A DNA stretch of 64,000 bases from Octopus bimaculoides (taxonomy: Eukaryota): positions 12,212,922 to 12,276,921 of the forward strand of contig NC_068997.1 in NCBI RefSeq assembly GCF_001194135.2, written 5' to 3'. Shown piece by piece: positions 51,893-64,000 of the stretch; within the stretch, counting starts at the first letter, position 1, and each line of letters starts with the position of its first letter. The notes under the pieces are model-generated. The model had not been told where the DNA came from. It saw only the letters and a list, made by a program, of their open reading frames with translations, and did not search any database. The position numbers and the translations under genes were made by a program.

Positions 51893-52084
51893 CAATATTT
51901 GTTTCAACACGCGATTTCACATCAGGAATCGTGCAATACACATTCATGAACGCATTTTATTTTATAATTGCTACTAATGCTTCAAAGAAAAAGATATTAG
52001 CTGTACAACTTTTCTGTTCTCCAAAATAGATATTGTTTTACAAGTTTTTTAAAAGATTGCTGCTGGACACCAATGAATGATTGG

Positions 52085-52297
52085 TAAACGAGCAGGCAGG
52101 ACTGTTAGCTCATCAGGCAAAATGCTTACTGGTAATTTGTTCGTCTTTACGTTCTGAGTTCAAATTCCGATGAGGTCAACTCTGGCTTTCATTCTTTCGA
52201 ATTCGATAAAATAAGAACTAGTTGAACACTGGAGTCGACGTGATTGACGAACCCACTCCCCAAAAATTGCTGGCATTGTGTCAAAATTTGAAACCGT
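52085..52297 (+). mobile_element. SINE type A, diverged
   Basis: acgttctgagttcaaattcc...gataaaataag...aaatttgaaacc. Confidence 0.8.
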
Positions 52298-54388
52298 TAC
52301 GAACGCTTTCCATGAAAAGCGAACTGTAATAAGACAGTATAAAATATTTAAAGCCTAACGAAATTCTTATCAAAGCATTACATTTTCTTTCCATTGTCAG
52401 GTTTTTTTTTTTTTTTTTTTNNNNNNNNNNNNNNNNNNNNNNNNNNNNNNNNNNNNNNNNNNNNNNNNNNNNNNNNNNNNNNNNNNNNNNNNNNNNNNNN
52501 NNNNNNNNNNNNNNNNNNNNNNNNNNNNNNNNNNNNNNNNNNNNNNNNNNNNNNNNNNNNNNNNNNNNNNNNNNNNNNNNNNNNNNNNNNNNNNNNNNNN
52601 NNNNNNNNNNNNNNNNNNNNNNNNNNNNNNNNNNNNNNNNNNNNNNNNNNNNNNNNNNNNNNNNNNNNNNNNNNNNNNNNNNNNNNNNNNNNNNNNNNNN
52701 NNNNNNNNNNNNNNNNNNNNNNNNNNNNNNNNNNNNNNNNNNNNNNNNNNNNNNNNNNNNNNNNNNNNNNNNNNNNNNNNNNNNNNNNNNNNNNNNNNNN
52801 NNNNNNNNNNNNNNNNNNNNNNNNNNNNNNNNNNNNNNNNNNNNNNNNNNNNNNNNNNNNNNNNNNNNNNNNNNNNNNNNNNNNNNNNNNNNNNNNNNNN
52901 NNNNNNNNNNNNNNNNNNNNNNNNNNNNNNNNNNNNNNNNNNNNNNNNNNNNNNNNNNNNNNNNNNNNNNNNNNNNNNNNNNNNNNNNNNNNNNNNNNNN
53001 NNNNNNNNNNNNNNNNNNNNNNNNNNNNNNNNTATATATATATATATATATATATATATGATATAAAGTTTGCACATGAAGAACATAACAAAAGGCAGAG
53101 CTAAACAAGAACTCGTAAAACTTGCAGAGCAAGACGATAGTAGAGAATTATAGAACAAAGTAAAAACAGTGAATGGGGATAGTCATTCGACTCGAACAAG
53201 GAACCGATAGTAAAATGAAAAAGTTTACTTATAAAGACGGAGAAAATTGACACGAACATAAATTCACTTCCTCAGCTGTCGAATAAAATTCACATCGATT
53301 TTGCAACCGTTTTAGGGTCTTTTGACGTAAAAGATTGTTTTAAGACAAGTTGTGCGAAGAAGTGACGCATAGTGGGGAGTAATGAGACCTTCGATATTAG
53401 AGGAAAATAATAAAAAAAAAAAGTCTGTGGGCAAAAAGGTTATATCAGAGCAGTCCAAAGGTCAAGTAGGAACGTAACTGAGAGAAAGAAAACATAAAGT
53501 AGGACAATGAAGAGAAGAGAGAGAGAACGAAGAATCAGTTACATAGCAACAACGAAAACGTACACTCACACATGCACACGCACTCGCATGTGTGTGTCTT
53601 ACTCTGTTTTGGACCCTCAATTCCAGACGAGTTTGTAGGTTAACCTTCGTGACATACAAGTGCCTTGGGTGTTTTTATATGCCTGGTGCAGCCCACCTCT
53701 CCTCAAATTTGTCCAAGTCGAACTCTAGAAAGACAGAGTAATATCAGCTTCAGTACGGAAAAATATTTATCGACTCCGAAAGGGTGGAAGGAAAAACTGA
53801 CCACGGCGGTATTAGAATACAAAGCACAGGGATCCAAATGCGATCTGACATCTCTGTCTATTCCCCATTTTTATATAAACATGTATACCCACGCACCATT
53901 TCTCTCTCTTACGCGCGCTCACACTCACACATATAATACAAGGAAATATATATACATATATACATATANNNNNNNNNNNNNNNNNNNNNNNNNNNNNNNN
54001 NNNNNNNNNNNNNNNNNNNNNNNNNNNNNNNNNNNNNNNNNNNNNNNNNNNNNNNNNNNNNNNNNNNNNNNNNNNNNNNNNNNNNNNNNNNNNNNNNNNN
54101 NNNNNNNNNNNNNNNNNNNNNNNNNNNNNNNNNNNNNNNNNNNNNNNNNNNNNNNNNNNNNNNNNNNNNNNNNNNNNNNNNNNNNNNNNNNNNNNNNNNN
54201 NNNNNNNNNATATATATATATATATACATACATACATGTAATACGCACACACATATATATATACTCACTCATACGCGCACACACACATACATATGAATAC
54301 ACACACAGCCTTATACCATCGAAAATACATGATCTGTTGACATCATTGTAACACACTTCCAATATGACAGCATTGTATTCAATATCTA

Positions 54389-54515
54389 CACGTTGTCCAC
54401 AAAGTCTGGGTACATGGGGATTAACACATACTTTAAGAAATTATTATTTCTTATATTTAATTGTTTATGTTATGATTTTATTAACTTCATGTAGCCAGAC
54501 TTTGTGGACACCCTG
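54389..54515. mobile_element. Tc1/mariner-type MITE (127 bp)
   Basis: TA-CACGTTGTCCACAAAGTCTGGGTACATG ... CATGTAGCCAGACTTTGTGGACACCCTG-TA. Confidence 0.9.
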
Positions 54516-54559
54516 TATTATGTCTACTGACAAGATCACGCTTGTCAGGGTTGCTGGCT

Positions 54560-55640
54560 CTAACCTGCATGGACCAGCAAAGAGCGCTAGACAACAAGTG
54601 CCGTTTGCTCCTTCATCTTCTTTCCCAGACATATGGATGACATTTTATTGCTAGCGTCTTCTTAAAAGTCCGTCAGCATATATCAACAATTAAACAACGT
54701 TCAAGGTAGAATTTCCCTGACGACAATGGCTCCCTCTTACTGCTCCATTTCCATTTCAAGATTACTGCTTTGAAGTTCATTGATACAAACTTCTACAGTA
54801 AAGCGCCCAAGAGGGACCTATTTTGCCTCATGAGTGGGCTCTTCCTGCCAGAGCCAAAGCCGGTTAGGTGCAGCGAGACAGCAGCTTAAGCCTTCAAAAA
54901 CCAAGCGAATTCAGAGAGTTCTATTAAATACCAGCTACGCCAAAAAGCACAAGGTTAAAATGCAGCAAAGGAAGATCCACACTTCCAGAGATAGGAAGTG
55001 TTTCCAGAGATTGTCTTATACTAATGATAGAACCACTGCTGCAATCCACTGAGAGGGTCAGTAGAGTGGGAGAGTCAGTGACGTACTGATGGTGCACTGA
55101 TCATTTTTTCAGAAAATTCCTATCTGGAAATCAACCAATGGACAGCTAGAAGGTGTGCTCACTGAAAAACTGCTCCATCTACAATATGGGCATGTTCTCA
55201 AAGGTCAAGTTAATGAGGTGGTCCACCGATGGTAAAACCACTGCATTAACTTCTAAGGTAAAAGCTAATGAGATGGTTCATCCAACGGAAGTGTGATCCG
55301 TAAACTATATACCCGTATCATGAAACACGCGCAAACAAACGCAGTATTCAGAAAAACACCTACAGAAATGTCATACTTACTTGACCATTATGGTAAAATA
55401 ACTTAATACCAGCAGTTTGAAGATCAAAGAAACCGTCTTCATTCATAAGTTGAAATCATCGATCAACGACAGATAAATTATATGAAAAAGATTGGTTATT
55501 ATAGCATATCTGAGCAAAAAATACCCGCTCGGTACCATCTTCCAGAATCTCCTGGCGAAGAGGTATTAACCGCGAAATAGAAAATATAAGCTAAAGTGGA
55601 AATTGTTTTGTCTTCATTATTTCTTTTTTTTTTCTTATTG
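54560..55640 (+). pseudogene. Penelope-like element remnant (RT, GIY-YIG end, HHR remnant)
   Basis: RHMDDILL (YVDD-like), DNGSL, LKIKETVFIHKLKSSIND, then CTGGCGA-a-gaggt-atta-accgc-GAAA at 55552-55577. Confidence 0.6.
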
Positions 55641-55822
55641 TTCCATTTCAATTGGCATTGTATTGGCATTTAACAATTCCAATTAAAACCTTATAGACAG
55701 ATAGATAGACAGACAGACACGTACACAAACATTTACCTATATNNNNNNNNNNNNNNNNNNNNNNNNNNNNNNNNNNNNNNNNNNNNNNNNNNNNNNNNNN
55801 NNNNNNNNNNNNNNNNNNNNNN

Positions 55823-55880
<58 letters not shown>

Positions 55881-56449
55881 GGGGAGGAGTGTGTGTTGAC
55901 TGTGTGTGCATGTGTGATTATATAACTTTTAAGAATCGTAGAAATCCAAAACAGTAACTGATGGAGTGAAATACCGAGCAATAACTGAAGATGTTCTTTT
56001 ATATCTCGAGTTCGAATTTCACCAAAGTCGAATGTTTGTTTATTCCTTCTTCGTTCGATATAATAAATATCAGTAAAATATAGGTGTTGACGCTATCAAC
56101 TCTGTCCTCTGTTCGAAAACTTTGCCTTGTTTCTCACTTAGAAATCGATATTTAGTCACATTCTTTTGCAGTCTTCGCACAATCGATTTCGCTTTTCATT
56201 CTTTAATGATCAATAGTAATATATTGAGGTCGAGTAAATCGGCTGTACTCTCTCCTTCATATTTATTGTCAATGTTAGAAATCAATATTTATTTATTCAT
56301 TATTAAGTTCAGAGTTGAAATTCTACCCGAGCAGACGATTACTTTTCATCCTTCCGGGGTCGATGAAGTAACACCTGTCATTTGATCCATGGAATCGACC
56401 TAACAAAATTTATAGTCTGGGGCCAATTAAATAAATCATTATTTTCTAT

Positions 56450-56486
<37 letters not shown>

Positions 56487-57128
56487 GGGGGAGAGAGGAG
56501 AGAGCGAGACAGACAGACAAGACAGACAGACAAGACAGACAGGAAGAGAGAGAGCGAGAGAGAGAGCGAGAGAGAGAGCGACAGACATAGATATATATAT
56601 ATAGATAGATAGATAGATGAGCATTTGAAATTATATTAAAAATATATATATATATACATGATGATATTGCAATCATTGTACGTAATATTTTCATTGTTTA
56701 GTCGTTGGTCAACCCTGGTTGAAGAGACCTATGATGAACTATGATCTAAGGCTTTTAGGAGACACTCACCTTCTCATTGTTTAAGGTATAACATCTCCAA
56801 GACTATATTATCTGAATGCATACCACCTTCACTTTCAACCAATCACGCGTGATTTTGTGGAGATTTTAGATGTTACTTCTGGCAAGTCAAACCAGTGTAT
56901 AGTTTCGTTCGTTGATTCGCTAATTGTTGATATTGCCCATTTGTTGATATTGCATTTATTTTTGGAGTCACTTACAGCCCAAGCTATATGTATTTTTTTT
57001 ATCTCTCAAACTTAAGGACATTGAATATTATTTTCAAAAGAATAGCGTTGAGTACCTGAAACCCGACCCATCCCTTATCCAAACTCTTTTTTTTAATTCA
57101 TATATATCATTACACCCTATATTAACTA

Positions 57129-57335
57129 AAGCGGCGAGCTGGCAGAATCGTTAGCATGCCGGGAAAAATGCTCAACGGCATTTCTTACGTTCTGAGTTCA
57201 AATTCCATGAAGGTTGATTTTGCTATTCTTCCTTTTGGGAATCGATGAAATAATTACCAGTTACACACTAGAGTCGATGTAATCGACTTACTCTCTTCCC
57301 CAGAATTTCAGCCCTTTAGTAGAAAGGATTATACC
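57129..57335 (+). mobile_element. SINE type A
   Basis: aaagcggcgagctggcagaatcgttagc head through gtagaaaggattat. Confidence 0.88.
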
Positions 57336-57754
57336 TTACGTTAATCTTGGAGCGTCTCAGAACTACTTCAATCTGCTTCTTTTTCTCGCCCATCCTGAAA
57401 ATCTCTCCATGTAATCTCCTCATCAGCTTTTCAGGTCATAGAGATTTACTTTTAATTAACCTTTGCGTACCTCAGAAATGCCTCAATCAGTTATTTCTTC
57501 TATTTTAGCCTTTAACTACTGAAGAACACTAAATTTAAAATTATTCATATTATACTCCCTAACAACCAAACTGTATCTTTCACGTTTAAAAAGGGTGTTG
57601 ATTTTAGACTGCAGCGACTAAATCACTGAAATAAAAATTAAAAAAACATGAAATAAGAGAAAACCCATTAATCTCCATTTCTGTGTTACCAACCGCTTAA
57701 ATTTAATCAGATTTATTACAACAAATACGTGAAATGTTTTAATTTATGAGATGT

Positions 57755-57880
57755 CATTGTTGTTGTTGTTGTTGTTGTTGTGGTGATGATCATCATCGTC
57801 GTCGTCGTCGTCGTCATCGTCATGTTTTTCTTATTGTTGCGGTTGATGTCATAGTCGTTGTTGCTGCTGCTGCTACTGTT
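57755..57880 (+). repeat. Mixed trinucleotide tract (GTT/GAT/CAT/GTC/GCT)
   Basis: Directly visible. Confidence 0.95.
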
Positions 57881-59397
57881 TAGCTCCACGTGAGCTCTGA
57901 GTGAGGAAACTTATGATCAAAGACATTCAAGTCATGACTATCCTACGGTGTTCTTTTCTTTTTTTGTCTGTTGTACTTTTAACAAGTTTGCTTTGCACCT
58001 ATGTCGTTTTGGCTATTATCACATTATGCGATACCTTGAGCAAGTGTCTTCTATAATGGTTTTGAGTCAATAGTGTCCCTGTGAATGATGAAAACTGTTT
58101 AAAGGCGCCACATGCTGAACTTTGGGAGCCTTGAAAAGAGTTCACACCGTTACAAGTACTGAGAGTAGATCTTTAGCCTGAGGAAATTTCCCTCCATTAC
58201 TAAAATTAGTCGCCAGAGTCTTTGAAATCGGTCACGAGCGGTGCTGTTCCTCTTCTGTTTAAGTTATAAAGAAAATAATTATACAATATTTATGTACTAC
58301 ACAGCGTAGATAAGAAGAAATTAACTAAATTTACGTATTATAAAGACTTACTGTGAGTTAAATCAGAAAGTGAATAGTTTCTAAACTATTCAAGTGCTGA
58401 AAAAACAGAGGCGTGTCGGGGTCACTAGACTGCTTCTTAGGGAAGGCGCACCCAATTTCCTGCTCCAATCAGAGTGAAGACCACCTGCCTATAAAGCAGT
58501 GATAAATTGGGCTGGCACATTAAATCTTTTACTTGTTTCAGTCAATGAACTGCGATCATGCTGGATTGAACCTCAAACCAAGTGGTTGCAAAGCGAGCTT
58601 CTTAACCACAAATATTACAATTCTATTTGGTTTGCCAGTCTACCGATTTGCCAATCAACTGCCCTTTAGTTTTTAATGTCTTTTCAAGTAAACAAAATAA
58701 GTTTTTGCAAACTACCAATCATTTCGTATGAGGGTTTTATATTTTCTTCAAAGTAAAAATAAATATGTATACAGTTTGATAATCTATTATTACGTATCTT
58801 CAAGTGCATTGCAGCTTCCCCTTTTTTTAACTTTCATTCGTACACCAGTCTTACTTATGAATATGAAACATTCATAAATATTCTTTAAGCAAATGAAACG
58901 TAGACATATTATTTTCCAATAGGTTATGGCATTTAATATATCATATTATGACAGCGCTACAGAACAGCAATAAGCTTCATGAAAATCAAATCAAAAAGAC
59001 AAAGTTTTTCTTTGTTGAATCCTGTCATTTGACTTATTTATTTTTACCTTCAGTTTCCTATCGTAGTCTATAGATTGGAAGAAGAAATGATTCTCGGAAG
59101 ACTGCAGTGTGTCTATGATATCCACATCATAAAGAAAAACAATCATCTATTGGGTTATGCCCTAACGACTTATTGAGGACTACGAGACAGCTTCATTTCA
59201 ATATACTACTTCAGCAAAATAATGAGTGTTACGTAACCAAGTGAAAAAGAGGAGTTTGAAAGAGCAGTCTTGTATCATGTCACTGGCGCTATACTCTGTC
59301 TATAACCAATTCATTTAACTCGCGTTTACTTTGTACACTTCTCGGGTAATAAAAACTATCAGCAGGTACGTCTCACAACTGATATAAAGAGAATCTG

Positions 59398-59820
59398 ATG
59401 TGGCTGTGTGGCAAGAAGCTTGCTTCCTAAACACGTGGTTCCGGGTCCAGTCCCACCCCGCGGCACCTTGGGCAAGGGTCTTTTACTATAGCCTCGGCCC
59501 GACCAAAGCCTTGTGTTTGGATTTTGGTAGACGGAAACTGAAAGAAGCCCGCTGTATGTATGTGTGTGTGTATGTGTGTATGTGCGTGTGTATCTGTGTA
59601 CGTGTCTTTGTGTCCGTCTTTGTCCCCGTCATCACCGCTTGACAACCGGTGGTGGTATGTTTATGTCCCCGTAACATAACGGTTCGACAATAGAGACCGG
59701 TAGAATAAGTACTAGGCTTGAAACAAAATAAGTCTTGGGGGTCGATTTGTTCGACTGAAACCCATGAAGGCAGTGCTCCAGCATGGCCGCAGTCAACTGA
59801 CTGAAACAAGTAAAAGAATC
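59398..59820 (+). mobile_element. SINE type B, full length
   Basis: Head gtggctgtgtggcaagaag...gggtccagtccca, CORE-like ggcaccttgggcaag, central (GT)n and tail gactgaaacaagtaaaaga. Confidence 0.93.
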
Positions 59821-60118
59821 TAAGAGCGTTATACAAAATTACTGTAAAACTGTTCTGGAAGTAATTTAGTTATCATGAATGTTCGTCGTCGTCGGATTTA
59901 TATTTAGGATTACTGGTGTCTGTTTCGAAACAATAACGACAATTGATAGCTTTTCCCATCCCACTTTAAGCTCAGCACAGAGGCACACATGCTGACATTC
60001 ACCACTAAGTGGATAGCTTATTCGAAATTCGAGATGTTCAAGGACCTCAACTAATAGGAACAAATTATCAATTTCACTTGCAAAATGAAATATCTGCAAT
60101 TTTCATATATCATTGTTT

Positions 60119-60136
60119 ATAATAATAATAATAATG

Positions 60137-60208
<72 letters not shown>
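60119..60208 (+). repeat. (AAT)n microsatellite
   Basis: Directly visible. It abuts the RT remnant. Confidence 0.98.
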
Positions 60209-60211
<3 letters not shown>

Positions 60212-60948
60212 GCAGAACGTCATAAAGGAGTTAGAACCAGCAGAAAGCTACAAGTACCTAGGGGTATTTGAAGGTGATGGAATCAAACATTCAATGATGA
60301 GGGAAAGGATCAGAAAAGAATGTTATCCCAGGGTGAGGGCAATACTCAAGACAAAGCTGAATGCAAGAAACAGGATCGAAGCGATCAATTCTTTAGCCAT
60401 ACCGGTCTTGAGTTACAATTTCAATATCATTAACTTGTCAATTACTGAAATACGTAATCTTGACAGAAAAATACGAAAATTGTTGACAATGCATAGAATG
60501 TACCACCCTAGGGCAGATATAAATCGACTTTACCTGCCAAGAAAAGAGGTGGCCGTGGACTTTTACAACTGGAATCAACAATGAAGATTGCCACAACTGG
60601 CTTAAACCCCTACCTGAAAAACTCTGATGACTGGATGTTAAAACTTGTCTTAAAGCACAAAAAGATGAAAACATCATACTCAGTAACAAAACAGGCAAAG
60701 AAATATCTAAGTGAATTCCAAATACAACAAATCCCAGAATTAGACATATTGGAAACAATCACAGAAAAATCTAAGCGTATGAAAACCTGTGCTAAAACTG
60801 CTGCCTTAGATATTCTTACTGATAAATGGCAAGAAAAACCTCTCAATTGCAAAGAGAGCAAATAATACCTGTGTTGACAAAGCCCTTACCCAACATTGGT
60901 TGGTGTCTTCCGGCTTAAAATCAGAGACAGGAGGGTTTATCATAGCAA
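60209..60948 (+). pseudogene. R4/Dong-like non-LTR RT remnant
   Basis: IKELEPAESYKYLGVFEGDGIKHSMMRERIRKECYPRVRAILKTKLNARNRIEAINSLAIPVLSY...RADINRLYLPRKE(GGRG)...KWQEKPL...SETGGFIIA, ending where a SINE begins. Confidence 0.9.
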
Positions 60949-61113
60949 TTTGGGGAGAGGCGAAAAGTCGATTACATCTACCTCAGTGCTCAACTGGCAC
61001 TTCATTCGACCCCGAAAGGATGAAAGGTGAGGTCAACCTCAGTGGAATTTGAACTCAGAAAGTAAAGCCAAGCATTTTGTCCAGCGTGCTAACGACTCTG
61101 CCAGCTGGCCGCT
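60949..61113 (-). mobile_element. SINE type A
   Basis: Reverse complement ending gactctgccagctggccgc. Confidence 0.85.
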
Positions 61114-61567
61114 TCATTAATAATAACTTCTTTGGTTAAAGGTTTTCTTCTGATCAATCACTGGTTCACAATATTTCTGACGGCAAATGCATTTCATCAG
61201 AACTCCTTACTAGAACACCTTCTTCTTACTTGTCCTTGTTATGGATTTTTTTGTGTGTGTGTGTGCAGTTCGCTTATGCTTATACTTCTCTGATGTACAT
61301 TGGCAAAAGATATACAGACATAAACCATATATGTACCTGTGTGTGTGTGTGTGCACGCCACACGCGCACGCATGCGTTTTAATGGCTCAGTGAGGAGAGG
61401 AGGAACAGAGCCCGTAATTATTTCTAAGGCTTTTTACACTGATGGGAGGTAGAAGGAATTATTCCCATGATTGACCACGAAACACGTAACAGATTCGTTT
61501 CCGTGTTAAAGCTCTAAAGACTTCCGAGGACAAGTTGATGTTATTTAACAATATGCATACATTTGTA

Positions 61568-61755
61568 GAGCGACGAGCTGGCAGAGTCGTTAGCAGGCCG
61601 GGCAAAATGCTTAGCGGTATTTCGTCTGCCGTTACGTTCTGAGTTCAAATTCCACCGAAGTCGACTTTGTCTTTCATCCTTTCGGGGTCGATTAAATAAG
61701 TACCTTGTTTGTCTTCTCCATGTTTAGACCCCTGTGGATAATAAAGAAATAAATA
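61568..61755 (+). mobile_element. SINE type A with partial A2 tail
   Basis: Type A head and core, then ttgtttgtc..atgtttagacccctgtggataataaagaaata. Confidence 0.88.
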
Positions 61756-62595
61756 TGCATACTTTTGCGACTGACTTCTGTACAGTTTGTGCCTGTTAAA
61801 TTCCATTCGTGAGGCAATGGTAGAATACAATTGCCGAAGGTGCCTTACGTTGGGGTCGAACCCTGGATTGTGCGTTTGCAAAGTAAACTTTGAACAACAG
61901 TCTTATTTACTTTTCTTTACGATATCTATTTTACGTTAAAACTTGTTTTATTTTCTGTTAGCTTTTATTTCTAACTTTCATTTTTAATGCAGTAGATTGA
62001 CATTGTTGCTAATGTAACGAGTAAAAATGTCTAGCGTTATATCTTTAGGTTCACTGCGTTTCGAGTTCAAATCCCGCTTTATTTTTCTCCAGAAACAGAT
62101 ATCTGATTGCAGTGAATTGGCATCCTGTACTCATTAAAAAACTGATAGTCTAGTGGAATAGTCAGTGGACGCAGATGTGCAATACAACATGAAGCACAAA
62201 CAAAGAAGATAGATCGATAGTAAAAAGAAAGTACCAGTTTTCTAATAAATTCGATCAGTCACAATACTCCCCACCTCAGCCCCATTACAAACTAACATTC
62301 GTATCGTATTATATGGAACGAACCAAATTAATAAATATTATTCAAGAGCACGTATCGAAGCAACTGACTACACGATATTTTTTAACCAAAAATCAGTGAA
62401 TCACTGATTGCTTAGGATACGCTGATTGCCAACATTTAACCATCTATGCATGTAACCACAGCAAGATCAGAATTGATATCATGTACCAATAACGATATCG
62501 AATAAAATAAGTTTGTCTTCGATGCTGTGCGCATTACAAATTCAAGATGTGTTTGAATAGATATTTGCATTTTCAGTCTGGTATGTATAGTGATT

Positions 62596-62860
62596 GTGGA
62601 GGCGCGTGACTTAGTGGTTAGGGTGTCAGCACAATGGTCATAAGATTGTGGTTTCGATTCGTGGACCGGGTGACGCGTTGTGTTCTTGAGCAAAAACACT
62701 TCATTTCACGGTGCTTCAGTCCACTCAGCCGCCAAAAATGAGTAACGCTGCGAGTGACTGGCGTCCCGTCCAGCTGGGGATCACATACGCCATTGAAACC
62801 GGGAAACCGGGCCCATGAGCCTAGCTAGGCTTTAAAAGGGCACATTTATTATTTTATTTT
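62596..62860 (+). mobile_element. SINE type E, full length
   Basis: GGAGGCGCGTGACTTAGTGGTTAGG head, cttgagcaaaaacacttcatttcacg core, tail gaaaccgggaaaccgggcccatgagcc and (TTA)-rich end. Confidence 0.92.
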
Positions 62861-64000
62861 ATATATAGCAATTAGGTGTAAATTCATACAACTATATATG
62901 TACACGCATATATATATATATAGATATGTGCGTGTGTGTGCGTCTGTGTATGTGCGTCTACGTGCATGCATACAGTTTTTTGTCGGCCATAGTAGCCCCA
63001 GTACTTTATCGTTCTGTATTTCACTGATTGATTAACTATATAATTTGACACAACAGCGGTATCATTTTAAACGGCCATGTTGTAACAAAACCTTAAACTG
63101 ACAGAGCAACAGAGAAACATACACACACATACATATGCGTGTGTCTGTGTCCGTGTGTTTGTGTGTGAGTGCTGTCCACTCTAGGCACAAGACCTGAAAT
63201 TTTGATTCAAGGAATAGTTGATTACATCGACCCCATTGCTCGACTGGTACCTATTTCAGAGACATCGAAAGCCGAAAGAAGTGTGTGGGCATCAAAAGAC
63301 CATTGTAGTGACTCATTCTCTAAGACAGCCTTCTTGCTGTTTAGATGGGGATCAGTTGTTGCCCGAGATTTTCTAACCTTGTGTTAGACCGATACCGGTT
63401 CTGCTCTTTAACAAATTCGAGTCAACTTTTGCATGAAGCTTGGCATATCCGTTTCTGCGGGGGCTTGGCGAAAATTCTTTGGGTTGACCACAGACTTTTC
63501 GGTTGCACTAACGTCTCGAAACCAGATTGGTGTTGGTTCAAGATCATGAGAGTCTTGTGTGGTCAGTCAGAAGTAAAATGCTAGATATGGACCCATGAAG
63601 ACTGTCGGCGAGAACCTATTGAGTTTCGCTGAGAGTCATTCCACCCAAATGAGAACATTTGGGTGGAATCACTAATGGACGACAACAATCACAAATTTTC
63701 ACTGATATACATTAAATGAAATCGAGGGAACGAGCAGAAATTCTACGCCATCATAGCAATAACGAAAAGAATCATAAATTGAAAAGCCAGGCATACTCGT
63801 ACTGTCACCATCCCAAAGTTTGTGGAAATACCGCTTAGTTTTCATCAGCGAGTCTTGCTGACCCAAGGGTCATACAAAGTGTCCATCTCAAATAAGGTGT
63901 GCGATGACCGTTTTTAATGCCTCGGCAAATTTGAAGAGGTGATCGAAGTGAATAATAAATTATAAAAGTATATATATAATTATACATATATATATATATA

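Noticed and set aside
58150-58262. Minus-strand open frame KRNSTARDRFQRLWRLILVMEGNF after an acceptor
   Set aside because: No convincing donor and no recognised homology.

Overview
AT-rich, repeat-dense eukaryotic genomic DNA with about 13 assembly gaps, mostly bounded by (TA)n. The SINE families, the extreme (TA/CA/TACA/GATA/AAT)n load and the TTAGGG-type repeat point to a coleoid cephalopod (Octopus-like). This assignment is inference from sequence style, not a database hit. The window looks intronic or intergenic and contains no intact long gene. Nearly all tracked ORFs are microsatellite or N artefacts, or transposon fossils. Supported content: more than 30 tRNA-derived SINE copies of at least five modular types; a Ty3/Gypsy remnant with its 3' LTR and an RT-RNaseH deletion; three R4/Dong-like non-LTR RT remnants, two abutting (AAT)n; several Penelope-like remnants with hammerhead-ribozyme (HHR) motifs; Tc1, mariner, DUF4817-type and Chapaev-like transposase fossils; and Tc1/mariner-, hAT- and Merlin-type MITEs. 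The strongest leads are a near-canonical type I HHR at 12391-12439, a 347-bp foldback whose two arms each carry an HHR remnant (51546-51892), a Merlin-like MITE carrying internal telomeric repeats (50927-51393), and a head-to-head Tc1 composite. One good candidate host exon (7911-7989) and a CpG-rich unique island near 21.5 kb are unassigned. I cannot demonstrate a wholly new biological system. Coordinates of degraded elements are approximate (about +/-20 bp).
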